Positions 1 to 9,672 of a stretch of 64,000 nt of DNA are shown here, piece by piece. The notes under the pieces were generated by a model. That model saw only the letters and a list, made by a program, of their open reading frames with translations, had not been told where the DNA came from and did no database searches. The stretch's first letter is position 1. Every line of letters begins with the position of its first letter. The stretch lies in the NCBI GenBank assembly GCA_963816145.1, contig CAWFJP010000003.1, forward strand, positions 160,001 through 224,000, written 5' to 3'. The DNA comes from an uncultured delta proteobacterium (GTDB taxonomy: Bacteria; Desulfobacterota; Binatia; UBA9968). Both the position numbers and the translations under genes were made by a program.

Positions 1-2
1 GA

Positions 3-980
3 TTGTTTGAAGGTCAGCGGCTCGCCGCGGGCGATGCGCAACTGCTGCGCGACCAGATCGACGCCGGTGATCATCTCGGTCACCGGATGTTCGACTTGGA
101 TGCGCGTGTTCATTTCGAGAAAGTAAAAGGCGCGGGTGTCGTTGTCATAAATGAACTCGATGGTGCCGGCGCTCTGGTAGCCGATAGTGCGCGCCAGGGT
201 CGCCGCAGCGTTGCAGATCTGCGCGCGCACTTCCACGGGCACGGCATAGGCCGGTGCTTCTTCGACGATCTTCTGATGGCGCCGTTGCAGCGAGCAATCG
301 CGCTCGCCTAAATGGATCACGTTGCCATGCTGGTCGCCAAGAATTTGCACCTCGATGTGACGCGCGTTGCCGACATAGTGTTCCATGTACAGCGTGTCGT
401 TGCCGAACGCAGCGCGCGCCTCCGCAGCCGCTGTGCGAAAGGTGTCTTCGATCTCCTGCTCGTTCCACACGAGCTTAATGCCGCGGCCGCCGCCGCCGGC
501 CGAAGCTTTGAGCAGCAGCGGATAACCAATCTCTTTGGCGAACAGCGCGGCTTCATGGGGGTTGCGCGCATGATCCGAACCCGGCACCAGCGGGACGCCG
601 GCGCCGCGGGCGATCTTACGAGATTCGAGCTTGTCGCCCATCATCGTGATGTTGTCGGCGCTGGGTCCGACGAAGGTAATTTTATTATCGACGCAAGCCT
701 GGGCAAGCGCCGCCCGCTCTGACAGAAAGCCGTAGCCGGGGTGGAGCGCGTCGCAGCCGGTTCCGTGCGCTGCCGCAATGACGTTCTCGACTTTGAGGTA
801 GCTATCGGCGGAGCGGGCCGGACCGATGCAGACGGAGCGATTGGCCATCTTCGCCGCCATGCTTTCGCGATCGGCGTCCGACACCGCAGCGACGGTTTCG
901 ATTCCTAGACTTTGGCAGGCACGAATCACGCGCACCGCGATCTCGCCGCGGTTGGCGACCAACACTCGGGTAACACTCAT
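3..980 (-). CDS. accC: Biotin carboxylase (AccC-like), 5' part; runs off left edge
   Basis: Manual translation from ATG 980: MSVTRVLVANRGEIAVRVIRAC...LHPGYGFLSE...MGDK; adjacent to BCCP gene. Missing from the ORF track because it has no stop inside the window. Confidence 0.9.
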   Translation of the reverse strand, partial: MSVTRVLVANRGEIAVRVIRACQSLGIETVAAVSDADRESMAAKMANRSVCIGPARSADSYLKVENVIAAAHGTGCDALHPGYGFLSERAALAQACVDNKITFVGPSADNITMMGDKLESRKIARGAGVPLVPGSDHARNPHEAALFAKEIGYPLLLKASAGGGGRGIKLVWNEQEIEDTFRTAAAEARAAFGNDTLYMEHYVGNARHIEVQILGDQHGNVIHLGERDCSLQRRHQKIVEEAPAYAVPVEVRAQICNAAATLARTIGYQSAGTIEFIYDNDTRAFYFLEMNTRIQVEHPVTEMITGVDLVAQQLRIARGEPLTFKQ

Positions 981-1065
981 GAATACTCCGGAATGGAAAT
1001 GGCGATAGGCCAGGTCTATTTTAACGGGTCTTCAGACTTTTCTGTGAAGCGCGGCTCGGAGATTG

Positions 1066-1143
1066 CACCGCCGAGGCGCGGAGTAAAGCGCTTTTGCTTA
1101 AAACATTCTCCGAACCCGGCAAACTCTGTGCCTCTGTGGTGAA
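1066..1143. repeat. Family C hairpin repeat (CACCRCAGAG/CACGAAG 9-mer arms), degenerate
   Basis: CACCGCCGAGGCGCGGAG ... CTCTGTGCCTCTGTGGTGAA, same architecture as 24484 and 46051. Confidence 0.6.
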
Positions 1144-1211
1144 TCCTTCTTCACGGGAAACCAAGACCAACCATTTTAACAAACGCAATCCGTCCCCAGA
1201 TAATTTGAAGC

Positions 1212-1688
1212 TTACGGTTTGACGATAAACAGGGGCTGGCCGAATTCGACGAAGCCACCGTTGGCCGCGACCACTTCGACGATGGTGCCTTTTACGCCGG
1301 CACGAACGCTATTGAAGACCTTCATCACTTCGATCAAGCCGCAGGTGGTATCTTCCGTGACTTGCTGGCCGACCTGAACAAAGGGCGGGGCGCCGGGCTC
1401 GGGTGCGACGTAAAAAGTTCCCAGCAGCGGCGCCGTGACCGCTAAATGGCCGGCGGGAATCGCCGCGGCTTTTGGCGCGGCGGGTGCCGGAGCGGGCTTA
1501 GGCGCCGCTGCCGGGGCGGCTGCGGGTGCCACGCCGATGGCGACGGGTTGCGCGCTAGTACCAAGGGGAATCGGATCGCCTTTGCTGACGGTGATTTTTA
1601 GTTCGCCGACTTCGAGCTGAAAGTAGTCGAAATTCGATTCATCGATCAATTTCAAGATATGTAAGACATCGTCTTCGCTCAGTTCCAT
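1212..1688 (-). CDS. accB: Biotin carboxyl carrier protein
   Basis: Ala/Pro linker, APLLGTFY, biotinylation motif IEVMKVFN, VEFGQPLF. Confidence 0.92.
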   Translation of the reverse strand: MELSEDDVLHILKLIDESNFDYFQLEVGELKITVSKGDPIPLGTSAQPVAIGVAPAAAPAAAPKPAPAPAAPKAAAIPAGHLAVTAPLLGTFYVAPEPGAPPFVQVGQQVTEDTTCGLIEVMKVFNSVRAGVKGTIVEVVAANGGFVEFGQPLFIVKP

Positions 1689-1802
1689 GACTTCTACCTT
1701 TCTCTCTGTTGTTTGCGATCAAGCAAGGGTTGCAAGAAGCACTTCCCGGCACCTAACATGAAATTTCCCCGGATGGCAAATTGTCCGGCGGATATTGCCG
1801 GT

Positions 1803-3407
1803 CTATCGGCCTCCGTTCGCTGCCGGTTTTACGTTTCGTAAATCCATGCGCGCCATTGAGTTGTATTCCAAACCGGTGAACTTGGGACTCAGCATGGTCG
1901 CTTCGGCTTTCCAAAATAGCGGCGCGATGGCGGCATCGGTCTCGGTAAGCAAACGCTGCGCTTCGTCGTAGAGTTGCGTGCGTTTGGCGCCATCGGACTC
2001 GCTGGCCGCCAGGTCGAGCAGTCGATCATACTTGGGATTTTTCCAGCGGCCGTGGTTATTGCCGCTGTTGGAGGTAAACAGCTTCATGAAGTTGTCGGGG
2101 TCTGGGTAGTCGGCGCCCCAGCCGGCGCGGTGCACCGCAAAGGGGTCTGTCTGAAGCTTTTTGAGATAGACTTTCCATTCCTGGTTTTCGATCTTGACCA
2201 CGACGTTCAAGGTCTTTTGCCACATCGCCTGAATCGCTTCCGCAACCAGCTTGTGGTCCTCTTGGGTGTTATAGCCGAGGACGATAGGCGGCAAGCCTTT
2301 GCCGTCGGGATAGCCAGCCTCGGCCAAAAGCCGGCGCGCTGCTTCAGGATTGTAGGATAAGCCGATCTTTGGATTATGTGCCAGCATGCCCGGCGGAATC
2401 CATGAAGTTGCCGGAGTATTACCGCCTTGAAGGATTTGGGGGAAAATCTCCCGATCGATGGCGAGGGAGAAAGCCCGGCGCAGTTTCGGGTTGTCGAAGG
2501 GTTTGCGGTCGACAGCGAAGCCGTAATACTCGCCGCGCAATTGCGGCACCAGTTTATACTCGGGCAGTTTGGCCAGACGCGGCTTGTCGAGAGTCGGAAT
2601 GCTGTGGCTCTCGTCCATGAAATCCAAATTTCCCTGCTCGTACATGGTCAGCGCGGTGGTCTTCTCATTGATCATGTACATGGTGACTTTGTCGATCGCC
2701 GGTTTGCCGCGGAAATACTTAGCGTTGGCGCGCAGCTCGATCTCGTTTTGCTGTTTCCATGAAGCCAGGGTAAACGGCCCGTTGGTGACGATATTACCCG
2801 GTTGGGTCCAACGGTTGTCATGCTTTTCGATAATATCCTGGCGCTGCGGATAGGTGACTTCAAAAGTCGTGATGGCGAGAAAATAAGCCGCCGGATGGCT
2901 GAGCGTGACGATCAGAGTTTGGTCGTCTTCGGCTTTGACGCCCACCTGTGACGGGTCTTTGAGCTTGCCTTGGGCGTAATCGGCGGCGTTGACGATATCG
3001 AACAGGATGTAGGCGTATTGCGAGGCAGTCTTCGGATCGAGCAACCGTTTCCATGAATACTCGAAATCCTGGGCGCGCACTTTCTTGCCGTCAGTCCATT
3101 GAACATCATCGCGCAGCCTGAAAACAATTTTTTTACCACCGTCGGATACTTCCCAGGACTTGGCGATCACCGGCGCAGGCTTCAAGTCCTTGTCGAACTC
3201 GGTGAGGCCGACCATAAGATTAGCAATCACGTTGAACGAAACATGATCGGTGGCGATGGACCAGTCGAGACTTGGCGGCTCGGTGCCGAGATTGACTCGG
3301 ATTTGGCTGTCGGAGCCGCTCTGGTTGGCGGATTTGCAGCCGGCCAGCGCCACGAAAGTAACTACAAAAAGGGCGAGGAATCGATGGCGACGAGTGAGGT
3401 GATTCAT
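1803..3407 (-). CDS. Peptide ABC transporter substrate-binding lipoprotein (OppA-like, family 5)
   Basis: Lipobox LAGC, EPPSLD, LRDDVQWTDG, GWGADYPDP; no permease adjacent. Confidence 0.9.
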   Translation of the reverse strand: MNHLTRRHRFLALFVVTFVALAGCKSANQSGSDSQIRVNLGTEPPSLDWSIATDHVSFNVIANLMVGLTEFDKDLKPAPVIAKSWEVSDGGKKIVFRLRDDVQWTDGKKVRAQDFEYSWKRLLDPKTASQYAYILFDIVNAADYAQGKLKDPSQVGVKAEDDQTLIVTLSHPAAYFLAITTFEVTYPQRQDIIEKHDNRWTQPGNIVTNGPFTLASWKQQNEIELRANAKYFRGKPAIDKVTMYMINEKTTALTMYEQGNLDFMDESHSIPTLDKPRLAKLPEYKLVPQLRGEYYGFAVDRKPFDNPKLRRAFSLAIDREIFPQILQGGNTPATSWIPPGMLAHNPKIGLSYNPEAARRLLAEAGYPDGKGLPPIVLGYNTQEDHKLVAEAIQAMWQKTLNVVVKIENQEWKVYLKKLQTDPFAVHRAGWGADYPDPDNFMKLFTSNSGNNHGRWKNPKYDRLLDLAASESDGAKRTQLYDEAQRLLTETDAAIAPLFWKAEATMLSPKFTGLEYNSMARMDLRNVKPAANGGR

Positions 3408-3479
3408 TCTTGCTTGTCGTTGGTTTAGCGGCTATTAGTAGCGCAGTCAGTCGACTCCTTCAAGAAAGCGCAGGGTTTT

Positions 3480-4511
3480 ATGGACGCCAAAGAACTTCTC
3501 ATGAGCAGCCTTGTGATCGAAGGCCACCGCGACGTTTACGAACAGATCTATCGCAAATCCGTCGGCGAAGAGTCGCCGATCCGCGACGCCGTCGCGCCGC
3601 GCTTGATCCGCGACGGCATCAACATGACGGTTTACGCCATCTCCGGCGATTCTTATTCGCATTCACAGAACACCGGCCGCTACCTGGAAACCGCCCTTGA
3701 ACAGATCGATCAATTTCTCGAAGAAGCGCCGCGCTCCGAAGGCATGATCCAAATGGTCAAGACCCGCGGCGACCTGCCGGAAAAGCCGCAGCCCGGCAGC
3801 GTGAAGTTTATGCTTCACTTCGAAGGCTGCATGCCGCTGCGCGGTAGCATCGAGAACTTGCGTAATTTCTATCGCCTGGGATTACGCTCGATTCAGCCGG
3901 TGTGGAACTTTCGCAACGAATTGGGCGACGGCGTATGGGAAAACCGCACCGGCGGCGGCTTGACCAATTTCGGCGTGCAGGTCATCAAAGAAGCCAATCG
4001 TCTGGGCATGGTGGTCGACCTCTCACATATGAACCGCGAAGGTTTCTTTCAGACCCTCGATGCCGCGACCGCACCCCTGCTAGTCAGCCACGCCAACGCC
4101 TGCGGCATGCTCAAGAATCCGCGCAATCTCGACGACGAGCAGATCAAAGCCATTGCCAAGCAAGGCGGATTGGTGGGCATTCTCGCTTTGCCCGAACGAG
4201 TCGGCGAAGGCCAGGTCGGCATCGAAGACATGCTTAAGCACATGGACTACATCATCACCCTGGTCGGCGTCGAGCATCTAGCGCTGGGCATGGACTTCGT
4301 CAAATACGACGGCCCGCGCACGCTCAAAGACCGCCATCATCCGCTGCACAAAGATCCGCTGATCAAAGGATTCGAGGAGATCGAAGATCTGCCCAATCTC
4401 ATCAACGGGCTGCAACAGCATGGCTACAAGGACGACGACATCCGCAAGATCCTCGGCGGTAATTATTTGCGGGTATTAAAAACCATCTTGCCAGAGCAGT
4501 CGGTGATCTGA
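3480..4511 (+). CDS. Membrane dipeptidase family (peptidase M19) metallohydrolase
   Basis: GHRD, HFEG, GLTNFG, VDLSH, SHAN, RNLDD, GMDF, ILGGNYLRV. Confidence 0.88.
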   Translation: MDAKELLMSSLVIEGHRDVYEQIYRKSVGEESPIRDAVAPRLIRDGINMTVYAISGDSYSHSQNTGRYLETALEQIDQFLEEAPRSEGMIQMVKTRGDLPEKPQPGSVKFMLHFEGCMPLRGSIENLRNFYRLGLRSIQPVWNFRNELGDGVWENRTGGGLTNFGVQVIKEANRLGMVVDLSHMNREGFFQTLDAATAPLLVSHANACGMLKNPRNLDDEQIKAIAKQGGLVGILALPERVGEGQVGIEDMLKHMDYIITLVGVEHLALGMDFVKYDGPRTLKDRHHPLHKDPLIKGFEEIEDLPNLINGLQQHGYKDDDIRKILGGNYLRVLKTILPEQSVI

Positions 4512-4576
4512 AATCCTGTCGCGAATAAGGTATGGCGTTGCTGTTCGCACTTCGCGGCCCTCTCCGAAAACTTCTT

Positions 4577-4835
4577 TCCTCCGCCGCGACGGGGGAGGAC
4601 AAAGAGCCTGCCCCGGACTGGATCCGGGGTGGGGGTGCCCATCATGTCAATTTTAAGCGTAGCACCCCCATCCTGACCTTCCCCCGTCGGAGGCTGTGTC
4701 GTAATGCGCAAACGCCCCACATCTGTCATCCCGAGCGCAGCGAGGGATCTCGTGTTTTCAGCCACATACGAAGAAGAGATTTCTCGGCTTCACCTCGAAA
4801 TGACAGTTGCGACACAGTCTGTCGAGGGGAAAGGA
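4577..4835. repeat. Composite repeat: family E hairpin pair interrupted by a TIR-MITE that carries a family A REP doublet
   Basis: CCTCCGCC..GGGGGAGG..GGGGTG/CACCCC..CCTTCCCCCGTCG|insert|GTCGAGGGGAAAGG. Confidence 0.7.
4691..4820. mobile_element. 130-bp MITE with terminal inverted repeats
   Basis: AGGCTGTGTCGTAA ... TTGCGACACAGTCT (12/14 IR), flanked by GTCG(G)/GTCG(A); internal REP doublet 4724-4805. Confidence 0.65.
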
Positions 4836-4869
4836 ACTCGGAACAGCGCTCGCTTCCCGGAAGATTATC

Positions 4870-7131
4870 ATGACCGTCGGCGCCGCCACTCCACGCGTCG
4901 ACGGCATCGAGAAAGTTACCGGCGCCGCGAAATTTACTGGCGACCTGCGGTTCCCAGATCTTCTCGACGCCAAGGTGCTGCGCAGTCCGCTGGCGCACGC
5001 GAGAGTCGTTGCCATCGACACCCGCAAAGCAGCGGCGCTGCCTGGCGTCGTTGCCATTCTCACCCGCGAAGACCTCCAAGACATCGATCCTTATTATGGT
5101 AATTGTCTGCGGGATCGCGCGGTGGTCGCGACCGATAAAGTGCGCTTCGTCGGCGAACCGGTGGCGGTGGTCGCTGCGGACAGCGGTTTGATCGCCGAAG
5201 CAGCACTGGCGCTGATCGACGTCGAGTATCAGGAGCTGCCCGCCGTCGGCGATATCGATGCGGCGCGGGCCGAGGGCGCGCCGCTTTTGCACGAGAGCCA
5301 GTCCGGCGCCGGCGAGTTTCACGATGTCGCCGGTGTCGGCGAAACCTTCGGCGGTAATATCTGCCATCGCGAACGCTTTACCAAAGGCGATCCCGATCAA
5401 GCTTTCGCCGCCGCCGATGAAATCGTCGACGAAACCTTCACCTTCCCGATGATCTATCAGTACGCCATGGAGCCACATAGCGTGGTGGCGCGGGTGACGG
5501 CGGAAAGTATCACCTTGTGGAGTTCGTCGGCCCATCCGTTCCTGGTCCGCTCCGAGCTGGCGCATATGTTCGGCTATCCGCACGCCAAGGTCGAGGTGAT
5601 CGTCCCCTATGTCGGCGGCGCCTACGGCAGTAAGTCCTATTTCAAAATCGAACCTCTTGCCGTTGCCATCGCCCGGAAAACCGCCGGTCGTCCCGTGCGG
5701 ATAGTTCAGAGCGTGACCGAATCGATGCTGACCACGCGGCGCCATTCGGCGCGTATGCGTATCAAGACCGGGGTCAAGCGTGATGGCACTCTGATCGCCC
5801 GCGAAGCCGAGGTCTTGATGGACACCGGCGCCTATGCCGACAACGGGCCACGGGTGGCAAAACGGGTGATCAGCCGCATGCTCGGGCCGTACAAGCTCGA
5901 TCATTGTAAAATTGACGTTGTGGCGTTTTACACCAACACCGTGCCCGCGGGCTCTATGCGTTCCATCGGCGGCCCGCAATCGATTTGGGCGTTGGAATCG
6001 CATATGGATACGATCGCGAATCGCCTGGGTATCGATCCGCTGGAATATCGCATGCGTCTCTTGCTCAAGCGCGGCGAAGTGCTGAAGCCTGGCGCCACGG
6101 CGATCGACGCAGATCTGCGCCAGGGCACACAAGCGGCGGTCGCGCCGCTTAATTGGAAAGACCGCATCCGGGATAAGACAAGTGGCGTTGGCGTCGCCGT
6201 TGGCGTATCAGACTCAGAAGCCATGCCGGTCTCGGTCGCTCTCATCCGTTTACTTGCCGACGGCAGCGTGATCGTTCTCGCCGGCACCACCGAAGTGGGG
6301 CAGGGCGCGCGGACGATATTGAGCCAGATCGTCGCTGAAGAATTATCGATCCCAATCGACCGCATCAGTATGCGGGGTACCGACACCCTAACCACGCCCT
6401 TCGACCGCTCCACCGGCGCCAGCCGCTCGACAACCGTAATGGGGAGCGCCGTCAAAGCCGCCGCCGAGGACTTGCGCAAACAGTTGCTTCAGGCCGCAGC
6501 CGAAGCGTTCGACACAAGCACCAACGCGATCACGTTACGCGACGGCCAAGTTTGTTGCGGCGATCAAGAACTTAGCTACGCCCAAGTGGTCAGCAAGTTC
6601 TTCGGCATGCCCGGCGGTGAATTGATCGGCCGCGGCTACATGCGGCCTGATGGCGCGCTGGGTAAGACTTTTCCTTTATTCTGGGAGACCGGCATGGGCT
6701 CGGCCGAAATTGGGGTTGACTTAGAAACTGGGGCGATCACAATCCACAGTTATGTAACGGTTGCGGACGTTGGCGTGGCGATCAATCCGATGCAAGCTGA
6801 AGGACAGGACGAAGGCGCGACGATCCAGGGACTGGGCAACACGCTCTTCGAATCCCTCGAGTACGACAACGGCCAGCCGGTGAATGCCACACTGGTCGAC
6901 TACCGCGTGCCGCGCTTCACCGACCTGCCGGAGTATTTCGAATCAGTTTTGATCGAGAACCGCGACGGCCCCGGCCCCTACGGCGCCAAGGGCATGGGCG
7001 AATCCGGCATTGTTTCGATCGCTCCGGCTGTCGGCAATGCGCTCTTCGCCGCCTCAGGCGTGCGCATTCGCGATTTGCCGCTGACGCCGGAGCGGGTCTG
7101 GCGCGCGTTGAAGGAATCGCAGTCAAGTTAA
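4870..7131 (+). CDS. Xanthine dehydrogenase/aldehyde oxidoreductase family molybdopterin-binding subunit
   Basis: RVDGIEKVTG, MEPH, VGGAYGSK, EVGQG, GASRST, GAKGMGE, RIRDLPLTPERV; start moved to ATG 4870. Confidence 0.92.
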   Translation: MTVGAATPRVDGIEKVTGAAKFTGDLRFPDLLDAKVLRSPLAHARVVAIDTRKAAALPGVVAILTREDLQDIDPYYGNCLRDRAVVATDKVRFVGEPVAVVAADSGLIAEAALALIDVEYQELPAVGDIDAARAEGAPLLHESQSGAGEFHDVAGVGETFGGNICHRERFTKGDPDQAFAAADEIVDETFTFPMIYQYAMEPHSVVARVTAESITLWSSSAHPFLVRSELAHMFGYPHAKVEVIVPYVGGAYGSKSYFKIEPLAVAIARKTAGRPVRIVQSVTESMLTTRRHSARMRIKTGVKRDGTLIAREAEVLMDTGAYADNGPRVAKRVISRMLGPYKLDHCKIDVVAFYTNTVPAGSMRSIGGPQSIWALESHMDTIANRLGIDPLEYRMRLLLKRGEVLKPGATAIDADLRQGTQAAVAPLNWKDRIRDKTSGVGVAVGVSDSEAMPVSVALIRLLADGSVIVLAGTTEVGQGARTILSQIVAEELSIPIDRISMRGTDTLTTPFDRSTGASRSTTVMGSAVKAAAEDLRKQLLQAAAEAFDTSTNAITLRDGQVCCGDQELSYAQVVSKFFGMPGGELIGRGYMRPDGALGKTFPLFWETGMGSAEIGVDLETGAITIHSYVTVADVGVAINPMQAEGQDEGATIQGLGNTLFESLEYDNGQPVNATLVDYRVPRFTDLPEYFESVLIENRDGPGPYGAKGMGESGIVSIAPAVGNALFAASGVRIRDLPLTPERVWRALKESQSS

Positions 7132-7188
7132 CCACACAGATTGTTTTTACGACAAAGAAGTTCTTTAACCGATCTAAGGAGAGATGCC

Positions 7189-8136
7189 ATGAAACAGTTG
7201 AAGCGCTTATTTCTGCTCTGGTTACTGTTGTATGCATCGCCGGGCGTGAGTGATGCGCGCATTACCATCGGCCTGTCGTCGGTGAATATCGCGTTTCTGC
7301 CGGTCTACGTGGCCCAGGAGAAAGGATTTTTTAAAGACGAAGGTCTCGATGTTCAGTTCGTCATGTTCAACGCCGGCTCGACCAATCTGCAGTCGCTCAT
7401 GGGCGGCGACATCCAGATGATGGGCAGCGCTTTCGTCGAAACCTTAGGGGGTCGTTCTGCCGGGTTCGATATCAAGAATTTCTGGGGCATCTGCAACTTG
7501 ATGCCCTTCGAGCTTTACTCGAACACCAACTTTCGCTCGATGAAAGAAGCCAAAGGCAAACGCTTCGCGATCAGCCGCTTCGGCTCGCTGACGGACTTTT
7601 TGACCCGGGCGACTCTGCAACATCATGGCGTCGACCCGAAGGATGTGACGATTCTGCAAATTGGCAGCACCCCGGCGCGCTTTGCCGCACTGTCCGCCGG
7701 CGCGGTCGACGCATCGGTGGTCTGGTTTCCGGTCACCGAGATCGCCAAAGGGCAGGGCTTTCGCAAGCTCTTCGATCTGAAAGAAATGTTTCCGGAATGG
7801 CCCTACGAGACTTTTGCCGCGCGCGAATCTTGGCTATCCAAGGAGCGCGCCGACGTCATTAAATTCCTGCGCGCCTATCAACGCGGCGTGAAGCACACCT
7901 GGGACAATAAAGACGACGCCGTGCGGGCGATGCGCAAGTACGTCAAGATCGACCCCGCCTTTGCGCCGGCGGGCTATGATGAATACCGCGATTCATTTCC
8001 GCTCAACGGTCAGATCGCCGAAAAGGTGATTCCTGTGGTGATAGATGAAGAGTTTCGCACCGGCAGATTGAAACGCAAACTCACGGTCGACGAGATGGTT
8101 GATCGCACGTTCATCAAGTTGCTCGGGGGCAAGTAG
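7189..8136 (+). CDS. ABC transporter substrate-binding protein, SsuA/NMT1/THI5-like
   Basis: Signal peptide, YVAQEKGFFKDEGLDV, ISRFGS; AGGAG RBS before ATG 7189. Confidence 0.88.
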   Translation: MKQLKRLFLLWLLLYASPGVSDARITIGLSSVNIAFLPVYVAQEKGFFKDEGLDVQFVMFNAGSTNLQSLMGGDIQMMGSAFVETLGGRSAGFDIKNFWGICNLMPFELYSNTNFRSMKEAKGKRFAISRFGSLTDFLTRATLQHHGVDPKDVTILQIGSTPARFAALSAGAVDASVVWFPVTEIAKGQGFRKLFDLKEMFPEWPYETFAARESWLSKERADVIKFLRAYQRGVKHTWDNKDDAVRAMRKYVKIDPAFAPAGYDEYRDSFPLNGQIAEKVIPVVIDEEFRTGRLKRKLTVDEMVDRTFIKLLGGK

Positions 8137-8237
8137 GGCGCCGCGATGTTCTACACACGCAAACCTTACACGGCGCACGAGCGTGGACGATAGGCGGCGA
8201 ATGTCCTTAGACCGTCGGTGACTCGCTAGCGATTCCA

Positions 8238-8918
8238 ATGGAGTTGATCCTCGCAGCGTTCATCGGACTGATCGCGGCCCTTGTTTTGTATCGCTACCTG
8301 AGGCAGCGCAACGCCACGCCCCAGCAGCGCGTCGCTGTCATGCTGCGGCAGTTCGACGCATTGGCCAGAGATGGCCTTTCGGAGCGCGAAGCACTGCTGC
8401 GTATCTTGCTTAGCCGATCGGATTGGCAGAAATTGCCGGTGGATTTTCTCGGCGAATTGATCGGTCGTTTGGCGAGCAAAGAAGCGGTCTTGCGGTTTGT
8501 TGCGCTAGCGGAAGATTGTGGTTACACCAAGGACCAACTCCCAGCCATCGTCAATCACTCGCCGCCGGACGACCAGATGGAGCGGTTGGCCTGTATGCTG
8601 TCTCGCTTCGGTTATCAGCTGCAATCGGATCAACGGTTCAAGGAGGCGGAGTTCGTCCAGAAGCTCGCCTTGGCGCTAGGCCCTGATTGTTACTTCACCA
8701 ACCTTCCGCTGGCTACGACTTATCATAGGACCGGGCGCTGTACGGAGGCGCGCCCTTTATTCGAGCGAGGTATCGCCCTGCTCCACACTGCCGGTGAGAC
8801 GGCTTCCGCTTCAGGGCGGTTCACTTTCGCGGATTGTTTCGGAGATGGCGTCGAGGCAACCCGGTTGCGTGCTTTGTGGTTGATGATGTATGACCAGTGC
8901 GTTAAGTCGACGACGTAG
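8238..8918 (+). CDS. Hypothetical protein with N-terminal TM anchor and C-terminal TPR-like helices
   Basis: Hydrophobic N-terminus; RFKEAEFVQKLALALGP..LATTYHRTGRCTEARPLFERGI. Confidence 0.6.
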   Translation: MELILAAFIGLIAALVLYRYLRQRNATPQQRVAVMLRQFDALARDGLSEREALLRILLSRSDWQKLPVDFLGELIGRLASKEAVLRFVALAEDCGYTKDQLPAIVNHSPPDDQMERLACMLSRFGYQLQSDQRFKEAEFVQKLALALGPDCYFTNLPLATTYHRTGRCTEARPLFERGIALLHTAGETASASGRFTFADCFGDGVEATRLRALWLMMYDQCVKSTT

Positions 8919-9004
8919 AGAAGATCAGGGCTGCTGTGAACCGCCTGCGAGCAATTCATATCGAACGCGTCTGGGTGACTGTCTCTCTCGGGGATGGGCG
9001 AAAT

Positions 9005-9098
9005 CCCTCGCCCCCTTGACCGTGCTCAGGGCGGGCTTCAAGACAAGGTTTGTCATGCCGGTCCTTCGATAGCACTCAGGATAAACTCCGCCCGGCAT
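9005..9098. repeat. REP-like palindromes (CTTCGANNNCGCTCAGG type)
   Basis: CCTTGACCGTGCTCAGGGCGGGC and CCTTCGATAGCACTCAGGATAAAC, the latter inside GTCATGCCGG..CCGGCATC. Confidence 0.5.
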
Positions 9099-9130
9099 CG
9101 ATCTTCGCGCGCTGCTTTCCAAAGCCGTTG

Positions 9131-9188
9131 TGATTGAAAATTAGGCGAGCGCCCAATTATTCAGCATACTCTGCAAATTATATAGGCA
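9131..9188 (+). promoter_or_regulatory. Putative NtrC-like upstream activator boxes (three 17-bp sites)
   Basis: TGATTGAAAATTAGGCG (9131), CGCCCAATTATTCAGCA (9150), TGCAAATTATATAGGCA (9172); TGC-N11-GCA-like with AT-rich cores, 75-130 bp upstream of the sigma54 site. Confidence 0.55.
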
Positions 9189-9260
9189 TAAAGTCTTTCA
9201 TCGCCTGTTGAATCCCATTGATTCAAGGGGGTTAAGTTATTTCTCCGGCGATTCATGTCG

Positions 9261-9276
9261 CGGCATGGGTGTTGCT
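9261..9276 (+). promoter_or_regulatory. sigma54 (-24/-12) promoter of urt/ure cluster
   Basis: CGGCATGGGTGTTGCT = GG-N10-GC, matching TGGCAC-N5-TTGC. Confidence 0.7.
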
Positions 9277-9672
9277 AAAGTCTTACAACCAAGTTTGGAA
9301 AGCCACATGGACTCGCCCTTGAGGTAACAAACGATCAACATTGCCGGGAGCAGCGAATCCGCAGAGGAGGATTGCTAACTTCGTTTCTGGAGTAGTGGAA
9401 CGGGCTGGGCGCTTGTCCTGTGATCTTTTCTACAAGCTCAATTTGATCGCAAATCCACCGCTCATAAGGGCGGATTGAATATTTCATCTTTGGCCGCAAC
9501 GTGAAACTGCAGCGCAAATGCAGCTTTAGTGACAACTCGAATTTTCGCGGCTACGCGAAGGCCTGCTATGCCCATGTTTAAGACTCCAACCGCGGTTACT
9601 GTTCTTGGGGTGCGAAAATGGCGGGATTCAATAAATCGATTATTGACGGTTAACTAATCAGGGAGGAGCTTC

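Noticed and set aside
3-1688. accBC as a urea carboxylase linked to the urea cluster
   Set aside because: No carboxyltransferase or allophanate hydrolase domains are visible in the window, and the locus is 8 kb from urtA with unrelated genes between.
4726-6132. Long antisense ORFs (468 aa here; also 17454-18776, 21362-22237, 34274-35161, 45313-46176)
   Set aside because: Shadows of well-supported genes on the opposite strand, typical of high-GC codon usage, with no motifs.
9335-9535. 66-aa minus-strand ORF in the urtA leader
   Set aside because: Non-ATG start, no RBS or motif, and antisense to the predicted transcript.
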